Part shown: positions 30,948 to 39,345 of the stretch, one piece after another | Layout: every line of letters begins with the position of its first letter | Position numbering within the stretch: position 1 is the first letter of the stretch | DNA from: Oceanobacillus sp. HTM 045 | Lineage (GTDB): Bacteria; Pseudomonadota; Alphaproteobacteria; Rhodobacterales; Rhodobacteraceae | Reading direction: 5' to 3' | Length of the DNA stretch: 64,000 bases | Assembly: GCA_009733745.1 (NCBI GenBank) | Contig: WNWL01000004.1 | Coordinates: forward strand, 1 to 64,000 | Made by a program: the position numbers and the translations under genes | The notes under the pieces: model-generated | What the model saw: the letters and a program-made list of their open reading frames with translations, nothing else | The model's database searches: none | What the model was told of the DNA's origin: nothing

Positions 30948-32336
30948 TCAGAGGGCGCCCTCGCGGGTCAGTTCGTCCGCCAGCCTGTCGAGCGCGGCGC
31001 GGGCGGTATCGACCAGGAAGTCGATCTCCTCGCCGCTGATCGTCAGCGGCGGCGAGATGATCATGGTGTCGCCCACCGCGCGCATGATCGCGCCGCCCTC
31101 GATAGAGAGGTCGCGGAGCCGCGAGCCGACCGTGCCGGGCTTCTCGAACCGCTCCAGCGTCTCCTTGTTGCGGACGATCTCCAGCGCGCCGACGAGGCCC
31201 TTGATCCGCGCCTCGCCGACCAGCGGGTGGTCGCCGAGCGAGAGCCACTTCTTCTCCAGCGCCGGGGCGGCCACGTCGCGGGCGCGCTCGACCAGCTTCT
31301 CCTCCTGCATGATCGCCAGCACTTCGAGACCGGCGGCGCAGGCGGCGGGGTGGCCGGAATAGGTATAGCCGTGGACGAACTCGCCGCCCTTCTCCATCAC
31401 CGGACCGGCGACCCTGTCGGAGATCAACACGCCGCCCATCGGGACGTAGCCCGAGGTCATGCCCTTGGCGATCGGCATCAGGTCGGGGGTGATGCCGAAG
31501 GTCTCCGAGCCCCACCAGTTGCCGGTGCGCCCGAAGCCGCAGATCACCTCGTCGGCCACCAGCAGGATCTCGCGCTCGCGGCAGATGCGGCTGATCTCGG
31601 GCCAGTAGCTCTCGGGCGGGATTATCACGCCGCCGGCGCCCTGGATCGGCTCGGCGATGAAGGCACAGACATTTTCCTCGCCGACCATGTCGATGGCGGC
31701 TTCCAGTTCGGCGGCGCGTTCGCGGCCGAAGGTCTCGGGATCGGTGTAGCGGCCCTCGCCGAACCAGTAGGGCTGGTTGATGTGGGTGACGCCCTCGATC
31801 GGCAGGCCCGACTGGGCGTGCATCGCGCGCATGCCGCCGAGCGAGACGGCGGCGACGGTGGAGCCGTGGTAGCCGTTCTTGCGGCCGATGAAGACCTTCT
31901 TGTTCGGCTTGCCCATGCAATCCCAGTAGACCCGGGCGAGGCGGAAGACGGTGTCGTTCGATTCCGAGCCGGAATTGGTGAAGAACACCCGGTTCATGTG
32001 CGCCGGCGCGACCGCGGTCAGCGCCTCGGCGAACTCCGCCGCGGCGGGGTGGGTGGTCTGGAAGAAGGTGTTGTAATAGGCGAGCTGGCGCATCTGGCGG
32101 GCGACCGCGTCCACCACCCGGTCGCGCCCGTGGCCGATGTTCACGCACCAGAGGCCGGCCATGCTGTCGAGGATGCGGTGGCCCTCGCTGTCGGTCAGCC
32201 ACGAGCCCTCGGCCCCGGTGATCACCCGCGCGCCCTTGGCGTTCAGCGCCTTCGTGTCGGTGAAGGGGTGCCAGTGGTGAGCGGCGTCCATCGCCTGGTA
32301 CTCGGCGGTCGGGCGCAGGTTCGGGGCGATGTTCAT
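30948..32336 (-). CDS. Class-III (omega) aminotransferase, SpuC/putrescine-pyruvate transaminase-like
   Basis: Start MNIAPNL.. Fold-type I aminotransferase class III motifs (..FIAEPIQGAGGVIIPP.., LLVADEVICGFGRTG, PLVGEARIKGLV). Confidence 0.85.
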   Translation of the reverse strand: MNIAPNLRPTAEYQAMDAAHHWHPFTDTKALNAKGARVITGAEGSWLTDSEGHRILDSMAGLWCVNIGHGRDRVVDAVARQMRQLAYYNTFFQTTHPAAAEFAEALTAVAPAHMNRVFFTNSGSESNDTVFRLARVYWDCMGKPNKKVFIGRKNGYHGSTVAAVSLGGMRAMHAQSGLPIEGVTHINQPYWFGEGRYTDPETFGRERAAELEAAIDMVGEENVCAFIAEPIQGAGGVIIPPESYWPEISRICREREILLVADEVICGFGRTGNWWGSETFGITPDLMPIAKGMTSGYVPMGGVLISDRVAGPVMEKGGEFVHGYTYSGHPAACAAGLEVLAIMQEEKLVERARDVAAPALEKKWLSLGDHPLVGEARIKGLVGALEIVRNKETLERFEKPGTVGSRLRDLSIEGGAIMRAVGDTMIISPPLTISGEEIDFLVDTARAALDRLADELTREGAL

Positions 32337-32479
32337 GGGTGGCCTCTCGATGGTGGAAGGCCCAGACATGCCGTTGCGGGGCGCTCGCGGTCAAGCGCGC
32401 TGACGCAATCCGGCTTTGCGGGGCTTGCCTTCGGCGCGGCAATCGTGGACGGATCGCTGGTCCGAAACAGGGGCTTTCC

Positions 32480-33445
32480 ATGTCCGAACGAGAACCGACC
32501 GAAACCAACGACCATGCCTTCGTTGCCGAGGGCACCGATGCGGTGACGCACCTGGAGTACATGTACGCCGGGGCGCTGAGCTTTTGCCGGCGGAAATTCT
32601 CCCGCGATCTCAACGGGGTAGACCTCGCGGTGATGGGTATCCCGTTCGACACGGCGACGACGGGACGGTCCGGTTGCCGGCAGGGGCCGCGGGCCGTTCG
32701 GGCGGCATCCAGCAACCTGGGGTGGAGCCGGGCGTGGCCTTCGCCGTTCGACCCGTTCGAGCGCATGTCGGTGATCGACTGGGGCGACCTGTGGTGGGAT
32801 CACGGCTACCCCGCGGACGTGCCCGGTGACATCGAGAAGGGAATTGGTCACGTCATTTCCTCGGGCGCCGGTGTCCTCCTGCTGGGCGGAGATCACTTCA
32901 TCTCCTACCCCTCGCTGAAGGCCCACGCGGCGCAGCACGGCGCGCCGCTGTCGCTGATCCAGTTCGACGCCCATACCGACACCTGGGGCTCGGACCAGGA
33001 GGACCGGATCGACCACGGCACCATGTTCCGCCGCGCGGTCGAGGACGGCATCCTCGACCCCGCAACCTCGGTCCAGGTCGGCATCCGCACCACCAACGAC
33101 GAGCCGATGGGCTTCAACATCCTCGACGCGGAATGGGTGCACGAGAACGGCATCAAGGCGACCGCGGCGCGGATCAGGGAGATCGTCGGCGACAGGAAGA
33201 CCTACGTCACCTTCGACATCGACGGGCTCGACCCCGCCTTCGCGCCAGGCACCGGCACGCCGGTCTGCGGCGGGCTGGAGACGCGGCAGGCGACCGGAAT
33301 CATCCGCGCGCTGCAGGGCATCAACGTGGTGGGGATGGACGTGGTGGAGGTCGCGCCGGCCTACGACCACGCCGAGATCACCGCGCTGGCCGGCGCGACC
33401 GTGGCGCTGGAGCTGACCTGCCTCTACGCGGCGAGGCCGGCATGA
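32480..33445 (+). CDS. Agmatinase/arginase-family ureohydrolase (agmatinase or guanidino-acid hydrolase)
   Basis: Start MSEREPTETNDHAF.. Mn-binding motifs GGDHFISYP, QFDAHTD, DIDGLDP, SGGL-type. The track ORF 32339 is over-extended. Confidence 0.85.
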   Translation: MSEREPTETNDHAFVAEGTDAVTHLEYMYAGALSFCRRKFSRDLNGVDLAVMGIPFDTATTGRSGCRQGPRAVRAASSNLGWSRAWPSPFDPFERMSVIDWGDLWWDHGYPADVPGDIEKGIGHVISSGAGVLLLGGDHFISYPSLKAHAAQHGAPLSLIQFDAHTDTWGSDQEDRIDHGTMFRRAVEDGILDPATSVQVGIRTTNDEPMGFNILDAEWVHENGIKATAARIREIVGDRKTYVTFDIDGLDPAFAPGTGTPVCGGLETRQATGIIRALQGINVVGMDVVEVAPAYDHAEITALAGATVALELTCLYAARPA

Positions 33446-34800
33446 GCCCGGCCGGCGTCATCGAGGCGTTCCGCGCCGCCAACCCGGACGTGGACATGGC
33501 CGAGGTCTTCGTCACCGACCTCAACGGCGTGCCGCGCGGTAAGCTGGTGCCGATGTCGGGGCTGGACAAGCTGGCCAAGGGCGGCATGAAGATGCCGCTC
33601 TCCTCGGTCGGGCTCGACATCTTCGGCTGCGACGTGGGCCGCTCGCGCATCGCCATCGAGATCGGCGACCCCGACACGGTGCTGGTGCCGGTGACCGAGA
33701 GCCTCGCGCTGATGGACTGGACCGAACCGCCGGCCGCGCAGGTGCAGGCGATGATGTCGTCGCTGAACGGCGACGGGCTCGCCGCCATCGACCCGCGCGC
33801 CGCGCTCTCGCGCGTGGTGGCGCGGGCGCGCGGCATGGGGCTCACGGCGGTGATGGCGTTGGAGCTGGAATTCTACCTGATCGACGCCGAGCGCGACGGC
33901 GAGAACCGCCCGCAGCCGCCGATTTCGCCGGTCACCCATGCGCGGCTGCATCGCAACCAGATCTACGACATGAACGTCCTGCGGGCCTTCGAGCCCGTGC
34001 TGGCGGACATCTCGGAGGCCTGTCACGTTCTGGGCGCCCCCGCCGACACCGCGATCTGCGAGTTCGGGCCGGGGCAGTTCGAGATCAACCTCACCCATGT
34101 GAACGACCCGCTGCGCGCGGCCGACCACATGGTGTCGATGAAGCGCGCGATCCGCGGCGTGGCGCGGGCCAACGGCTACGACGTGACCTTCATGTCGAAG
34201 CCCTACGGCGATTCCGCCGGATCGGGGATGCATATCCACCTGAGCCTGGAGGACGGGTCCGGCAACATCTTCGCCGAGCCGGAGGATGGCGGGCCGAACG
34301 CGCGGATGCGCCATGCGCTGGCCGGGATGGTCGCGCACATGGCGGATTCGATGCTGGTCTTCGCGCCGCACTACAATTCCTACCGCCGCTTCGTGCCCGG
34401 CTCCTACGCGCCGATGATCGCCGCCTGGGGCCGCGACAACCGCGGCACGGCGCTGCGCACGCCCGAGGTAGCGGGACCCGGCTCGCGCATCGAGCACCGC
34501 GTCGCCGGGTCGGACGCGAACCCCTATCTGGTTGCGGCGGCGGTGCTTTCCGCCGCGCTGGACGGGCTGGAAGCGGGCGAGGAGCCGCCCGCGCCGGTGG
34601 TCGGCGAGCCGAAGGGCGGCGAGGCGCTGCCGCTGACATGGATGGCGGCGATCGAGGCGTTCGGCGCGTCGGACTTCGCGCGGCGGGCCTTCGGGGCGGA
34701 GCTCAACCGCATCTTCGCCGACCTGAAGCGGCAGGAGCTGGAGACGCTGCTCGCCCGCGTGACGGACGCGGAATACGACGCCTACCTGCGCACGGTCTAG
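33442..34800 (+). CDS. Glutamine synthetase-family protein (gamma-glutamylpolyamine synthetase-like, GlnA3/PuuA type)
   Basis: Start MSPAGVIEAF.. overlaps the agmatinase stop (ATGA). GS catalytic domain (..FMSKPYGDSAGSGMHIHLSL.., NRGTALRTPE..). Confidence 0.9.
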   Translation: MSPAGVIEAFRAANPDVDMAEVFVTDLNGVPRGKLVPMSGLDKLAKGGMKMPLSSVGLDIFGCDVGRSRIAIEIGDPDTVLVPVTESLALMDWTEPPAAQVQAMMSSLNGDGLAAIDPRAALSRVVARARGMGLTAVMALELEFYLIDAERDGENRPQPPISPVTHARLHRNQIYDMNVLRAFEPVLADISEACHVLGAPADTAICEFGPGQFEINLTHVNDPLRAADHMVSMKRAIRGVARANGYDVTFMSKPYGDSAGSGMHIHLSLEDGSGNIFAEPEDGGPNARMRHALAGMVAHMADSMLVFAPHYNSYRRFVPGSYAPMIAAWGRDNRGTALRTPEVAGPGSRIEHRVAGSDANPYLVAAAVLSAALDGLEAGEEPPAPVVGEPKGGEALPLTWMAAIEAFGASDFARRAFGAELNRIFADLKRQELETLLARVTDAEYDAYLRTV

Positions 34801-34845
34801 GGTGCCGCCTATGGCCGGGCCACCAGATGTGGTAGGCTCCGCGCC

Positions 34846-35145
34846 ATGCGGACGCTGATCCTCGCAACCCTCGCGCTGTTCGCGGCCTGCTCCGGCGGGC
34901 CGGAGCCGCTGGTGATCGTGCCGGCGGGCGGGCCGCGCGGGCCGGAGCCGTCCAACATCGATATGATCCCGATGTCGGAACTGGAGCGCCAGCTCGACGC
35001 GCGGATGGTCGACAAGGTGTTCCCGCTCACGCGCGAGAGCACCGAGATCCTGCTCTGCGACCGCAGCAGGGTGGTCGTCGACGCGCCCCCGGTGGAGGTG
35101 CAGGCGGCGATGCTGAGCCGCGCCTACCGCCCGGGATGCAGATAA
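34846..35145 (+). CDS. Small putative lipoprotein (99 aa)
   Basis: MRTLILATLALFAACSGGPEP, a signal peptide with lipobox LFAAC. Confidence 0.45.
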   Translation: MRTLILATLALFAACSGGPEPLVIVPAGGPRGPEPSNIDMIPMSELERQLDARMVDKVFPLTRESTEILLCDRSRVVVDAPPVEVQAAMLSRAYRPGCR

Positions 35146-35269
35146 AATCGCCGTTGGGGACAGACGACGGAAGCCGAATCGTGCATCGTTACAGAAGCAG
35201 CGTTCTTCAAGAAGGGGGCGTGACCGGCGGCATGGGGTGCGCCGGGAATTGAAGGAAGGAGTACCAGGT

Positions 35270-35572
35270 ATGAAATCCATTCTGACGGCCGCGACGGTCG
35301 CGACAGGACTTTTCCTTGCAGCCGTGCCGACCGCCGGCATGGCGCAGAACATGGAGAATGCGCCGATCATGAGCTGGGGCCAGTTCTCTGACCAGCTCGA
35401 CGCCCGCAATATCGGGAGCTTCACCGGCGTTTCCAACGGCTTCGTCGCCTTCACCCTGTGCGACGGGCGCTGGTTCCGGGTCCGCGGCACGGTGGCGAAC
35501 GTGCAGAACGCGCTGCGTCAGCGCGGCTATGCGCGCGCCGAATGCGTCGGCGGCGGCACCACGGATCGCTGA
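35270..35572 (+). CDS. Small secreted protein, paralog 1 (100 aa)
   Basis: MKSILTAATVATGLFLAAVPTAGMAQNMENAPIMSWGQFSDQLDARNIGSFTGVSNGFVAFTLCDGRWFRVRGTVANVQNALRQRGYARAEC.. RBS AGGAAGGA. Confidence 0.55.
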   Translation: MKSILTAATVATGLFLAAVPTAGMAQNMENAPIMSWGQFSDQLDARNIGSFTGVSNGFVAFTLCDGRWFRVRGTVANVQNALRQRGYARAECVGGGTTDR

Positions 35573-35607
35573 GGACGGACATGCGCGGGCCGGGAGGAAA
35601 CGTGGGA

Positions 35608-35919
35608 ATGCGTGGCGTGATCGCGAAGCTTGCAGCGTTGCAAGTTGCTGTTTTTCTTGCGTTTTCCAGCCCGATCCTGTCGGGCCCGGCCTACGCGCAG
35701 GACCTTGAGAACGCCCCGGTGATCAGCTGGGGCCAGTTTCTCGGGCAGCTCGACAGCCGGCAGCTCAAGAACTTCACCGGGGTGAGCGGCGGCTATGTCG
35801 CCTTCAACCTGTGCAACGGGCGCTGGTTCCGGGTCCGCGCCTCGGTCGCGGACGTGGTCAACGCGCTGGATTCGCGCAGTTATCGCTCGGCCTGCCCGGG
35901 CGGCGTGGGGAACCGCTAG
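35608..35919 (+). CDS. Small secreted protein, paralog 2 (103 aa)
   Basis: MRGVIAKLAALQVAVFLAFSSPILSGPAYAQDLENAPVISWGQFLGQLDSRQLKNFTGVSGGYVAFNLCNGRWFRVRASVADVVNALDSRSYRSAC.. About 55% identical to paralog 1 over the mature region, with conserved Cys pair. RBS GGGAGGA. Confidence 0.55.
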   Translation: MRGVIAKLAALQVAVFLAFSSPILSGPAYAQDLENAPVISWGQFLGQLDSRQLKNFTGVSGGYVAFNLCNGRWFRVRASVADVVNALDSRSYRSACPGGVGNR

Positions 35920-36177
35920 CCGCGCGTCCCCTCCCCGGGATTTCCCTATGAGGCACGGAATGTCACCGCGCGGCGCCCGCCCGGCACCGCGTGAAAGGTG
36001 ACATCCGTCGGGGATGGGCCAGGTGAAACCCGGATTGTCATCTTTCCGATTCTGGACGCGGACTTCACCGCCAGGGGTGAACCGGGGGTGGATGGGGTAC
36101 CTGGATACCCCATCGCCTGGAGGCGGCGGGAGGGCCCTTGCCGGCCCTCCGGAGCGCGGCGCGGCTCAGGGAACGAC

Positions 36178-36780
36178 TCAGGCCGCGGGCGGCACCGTCG
36201 CGGTCATCGAGGGGCGCTGCGAGAAAGTCTCGTACCACGCGGCGAGGCCCGGGTGGCCGTCGCGCCAGCCGAGGTCGGGGAAGCGCAAGTCGAGATAGCC
36301 GAGCATGCAGCCGAGCGCGACATGGCCGATGGTCAGGTCGGCGCCGAGCAGGGCGGCGTGGCGGGCCTCGGCGGCGTCGAGCGCGCGGGTGACCTTGGCC
36401 ATCTGGCCGGCGACCCAGGCGTCGCTGCGCTGGCCTTCCTCGCGCAGGCGCTTCTCGTAGACGCAGAGGATGGCGGCGTCGAGAACGCCGTCGCACATCG
36501 CCTCGAAGGTTCGCAGCGCCGTCGCCCGGTCGGCAGGGTAGAGCCCGTGCGGCTCGCCGAGGAAGGCGCAGATCACCCGGCTGTCATAGACCGCCTCGCC
36601 GGCATCGGTGATCAGGCAGGGGATCTTGCCGAGCGGGTTCTCGGCGGCGAGGCCGGCATCGGTGGAGACGGGCGTGGTGGAGACGGAGACGATCTCCACG
36701 TCGCCGGCCTGGCCGGTCTCGTGCAGCACCACCATGACCTTGCGGACATAGGGCGAGGTCGGGGCGTGATAGAGCTTCAT
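36178..36780 (-). CDS. Glutathione S-transferase
   Basis: MKLYHAPTSPYVRKVMVVLHETG.., a GST N-terminal thioredoxin-like fold plus C-terminal helical domain. Confidence 0.9.
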   Translation of the reverse strand: MKLYHAPTSPYVRKVMVVLHETGQAGDVEIVSVSTTPVSTDAGLAAENPLGKIPCLITDAGEAVYDSRVICAFLGEPHGLYPADRATALRTFEAMCDGVLDAAILCVYEKRLREEGQRSDAWVAGQMAKVTRALDAAEARHAALLGADLTIGHVALGCMLGYLDLRFPDLGWRDGHPGLAAWYETFSQRPSMTATVPPAA

Positions 36781-36876
36781 TCCGGTGAATCCTTCGGAGT
36801 TTGGATGCGGCGGGTTACAAACTCTTAACCCCGGTTGCCGCAGGCTGAAAGTCCGGTCACATCAGGAGAGTTCGGC

Positions 36877-37746
36877 GTGTTCAGTCGGTTTCGGCAAGCC
36901 GCGGCGGCGGCGGCGAACGTGGTTCCCGAGGCGCACGAGCCGGAGGCGCGCGCGCCCGGCTCGGAGCAGGGCTCCACGCAGGCCGCGTCGAAGGCGCCGA
37001 AGCGCGGCGTGTTCCAGCCGCGCGGCGGTTATCCGGGCGCGGGGGCTGGCGCGGGCGCCGGTGCGGGCGTGGTTCCGGGCGCGGGGATGCGCCCGCCGGC
37101 GCAGCGCCATGCCGGCCCGGACGGGGAGTTTTTGCGCGGGCGCAACCGGTTCGGCTCCTACGCGGTGCCGCCGGCGCTGGCCAACCGGCTTTCGGCGCGG
37201 CAGGTGCTGCGCGGCGGGCTTTGGGAAGGCGAGACGGTGGATTTCCTCCGCCGCTCGGCGCGGCGCGGCGACATCGTGCTCGGCGGCGCGTCCTTCGGGC
37301 CGATGATCCCGGCAGTCTCGCGCGCGCTGGCGGAAGGGTGCCAGCTCTGGGCCTTCGAGCCGGACCCGGATGTCTTCCCCGCGGCGGAGGAGACGGCGCG
37401 GCTCAACGGGCTCGACCTGATCGAACTGCACGACGTGGCGCTGAGCGACACGGATTCGCTCGACTACCTCGCGATGGGCACCGGCGCGCGGGCGCGCGAG
37501 ATGCTGGTCTCGGCGGTGCGGCTCGACGCGGTGATCGGGCCGCAGCGCCCGGTGGCGGCGATGTATCTCGGCTTCTGCCGCGGGCTGCAGGCGGCGCTGA
37601 CCGGGGCGCAGCGGCTGATCGCCAGCCGCAGGCCGGTGCTGATCCTCGACGAGCCGGTGGAGGCGCGCTGGATCTGCGAACGGATCTGCGGCGGTTACGA
37701 GCCGGTCGGGCGGCTGGGGCGAAGCTCGGTGTACCGCTGCCCGTGA
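36877..37746 (+). CDS. FkbM-family SAM-dependent methyltransferase-like protein with Gly/Ala-rich N-terminal region
   Basis: GTG start with AGGAGAG RBS. GDIVLGGASFGPMIPAVSRALAEGCQLWAFEPDPDVFPAAEETARLNGLDLIELHDVALSD resembles the FkbM motif. Confidence 0.5.
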   Translation: MFSRFRQAAAAAANVVPEAHEPEARAPGSEQGSTQAASKAPKRGVFQPRGGYPGAGAGAGAGAGVVPGAGMRPPAQRHAGPDGEFLRGRNRFGSYAVPPALANRLSARQVLRGGLWEGETVDFLRRSARRGDIVLGGASFGPMIPAVSRALAEGCQLWAFEPDPDVFPAAEETARLNGLDLIELHDVALSDTDSLDYLAMGTGARAREMLVSAVRLDAVIGPQRPVAAMYLGFCRGLQAALTGAQRLIASRRPVLILDEPVEARWICERICGGYEPVGRLGRSSVYRCP

Positions 37747-37854
37747 GGGGGCGCCGCCCGGCTTGAGGCCGGGCGGGACGGTTGGCCGGTGACATGCGCT
37801 GACCGGCGCGGCCGGGTTACCTGCCGGGTGACCTGGCGGGTCGCCACCGGCCCC

Positions 37855-39150
37855 TCACCGCTTCATCTCCGCTTCCTCCTCGATCCCGTCGTCCGGGGTG
37901 TCGGCTGGCGGCTTCGCCTCGGCGGTGCCGTTGCCGGGAATGATGCGCAGGAACCTCGCCAGCGTCGCGGCGGTGCGGGGCAGGTAGCGGTAGGGCGCGA
38001 CCGGCCCGGCGGCGGGGCGGCGGGTCATGCGCCAGAGGCTGAAGGCAATCAGCACCGCGTGCGCCACCGAAATGAAGTGGAACATCGCGTCCGGCCCGAG
38101 CCGTTCGACCAGCGCGGCGGTGACAAGCGGGCTGGCGATGGCGCCGACGCTGAAGAAGAACAGCAGCGAAGCGTTGAGATCGACCACGAACTCGGGCGGC
38201 GATCGGTCGTTCGCATAGGCCGCGGCCACCGAGTAGATGGTGAAGGTGGTGGTGCCGAACAGGAACGAGCCGACCAGGTAGCCGGTCACCTGCCCCGGCG
38301 CGAGCAGGAAGGCGATGCCCGAGCAGGTGATGATGGCGGCGACCGAGATCCAGACGAGGAGCCAGCGCCGGTCCATCCGGTCGGCGATCATGCCGATGGG
38401 CACCTGCGCCGCCGCGCCGCCCGCGACCGAGAGCGCGAGGAAGAGCGCGATGTCGCCGCGGTCGAGGCCGCTCTGCTCGGCCACCACAGGGCCGACCATG
38501 CGGAAGGAGGGGCCGGTGAGCCCGCCGACGACGATGCCCATCACCGCGGTCGGCGCGATGGCCATGGTGCGGAGCGGGCGCAGCGCCGCGGCGTCGGTGG
38601 TCGGCGGCGGCGCGCGCCGGGTCAGCGCCAGCGGCAGCAGGCTGAGGCAGCAGATCGCCGCGACGAGGTTGTAGGAGACGTATTCCGCCGGCGGCAGCAC
38701 CGCGATCAGCCCCTGTGCGCCGAGCGAGCCGGTGAGGTCGACCACGCGGTAGATGCCGAAGACCCGGCCGCGGTTGGTGCGGGTGATCTTGGCCTGCAGC
38801 CAGCTTTCGACCGAGGTATAGGACACCGAGATGCAGAGCCCGGTGAGCCCGCGCAGGATCGCCCAGGCGGTGGGGCTCTCCAGCACCGGGTGCATCAGCG
38901 CGCCGATGGCACCGAAGGCGGCCCCGGCGGCGAAGGCGCGGGAGTGGCCCACCGCCGAAATCAGCCGCGGCGCGATGATGCAGCCGATGAAGAAGCCCGC
39001 GAAATGGGCCGAGCCGAGCCAGCCGATCTCGACCGTGGTGAAGCCGAGCGCCTGGCCCGACAGCGCGTCGAGCGGACCGAGCGAGCCGGAACCGAGCTGG
39101 ACCAGGAGGACGGAGACGAAGAGGGCGGTGAAGGAGATGAGGAGGCGCAT
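37855..39150 (-). CDS. MFS transporter
   Basis: 431 aa with 12 predicted TM helices and MFS-like loop motifs. Confidence 0.85.
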   Translation of the reverse strand: MRLLISFTALFVSVLLVQLGSGSLGPLDALSGQALGFTTVEIGWLGSAHFAGFFIGCIIAPRLISAVGHSRAFAAGAAFGAIGALMHPVLESPTAWAILRGLTGLCISVSYTSVESWLQAKITRTNRGRVFGIYRVVDLTGSLGAQGLIAVLPPAEYVSYNLVAAICCLSLLPLALTRRAPPPTTDAAALRPLRTMAIAPTAVMGIVVGGLTGPSFRMVGPVVAEQSGLDRGDIALFLALSVAGGAAAQVPIGMIADRMDRRWLLVWISVAAIITCSGIAFLLAPGQVTGYLVGSFLFGTTTFTIYSVAAAYANDRSPPEFVVDLNASLLFFFSVGAIASPLVTAALVERLGPDAMFHFISVAHAVLIAFSLWRMTRRPAAGPVAPYRYLPRTAATLARFLRIIPGNGTAEAKPPADTPDDGIEEEAEMKR

Positions 39151-39345
39151 GAAACCTATCCGGGGTCCGGCCCAGCTTCGGCCGGGGGCGCGGACGGTTC
39201 AAGCCCGCAAGCGCCCTGTCGTGTCGCATAGCAGCCATGCGCGGGCACTCGTTGAGGTGTGGGTGCGGCGGCGTGTCAGGGACTGCCGGTTGACCGTTTC
39301 GCGGCGCCGGTCTACGGCATTGCGCGGACTTTGCGGAAGGTCGGG

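Noticed and set aside
35920-36177. 258-bp convergent gap with GC hairpins (GGGGTA-CCTGGA-TACCCC, CCGGAGGGCC-cttgcc-GGCCCTCCGG) as a possible sRNA.
   Set aside because: The hairpins are adequately explained as bidirectional terminators for the flanking convergent genes. There is no promoter-like element or U-tract.
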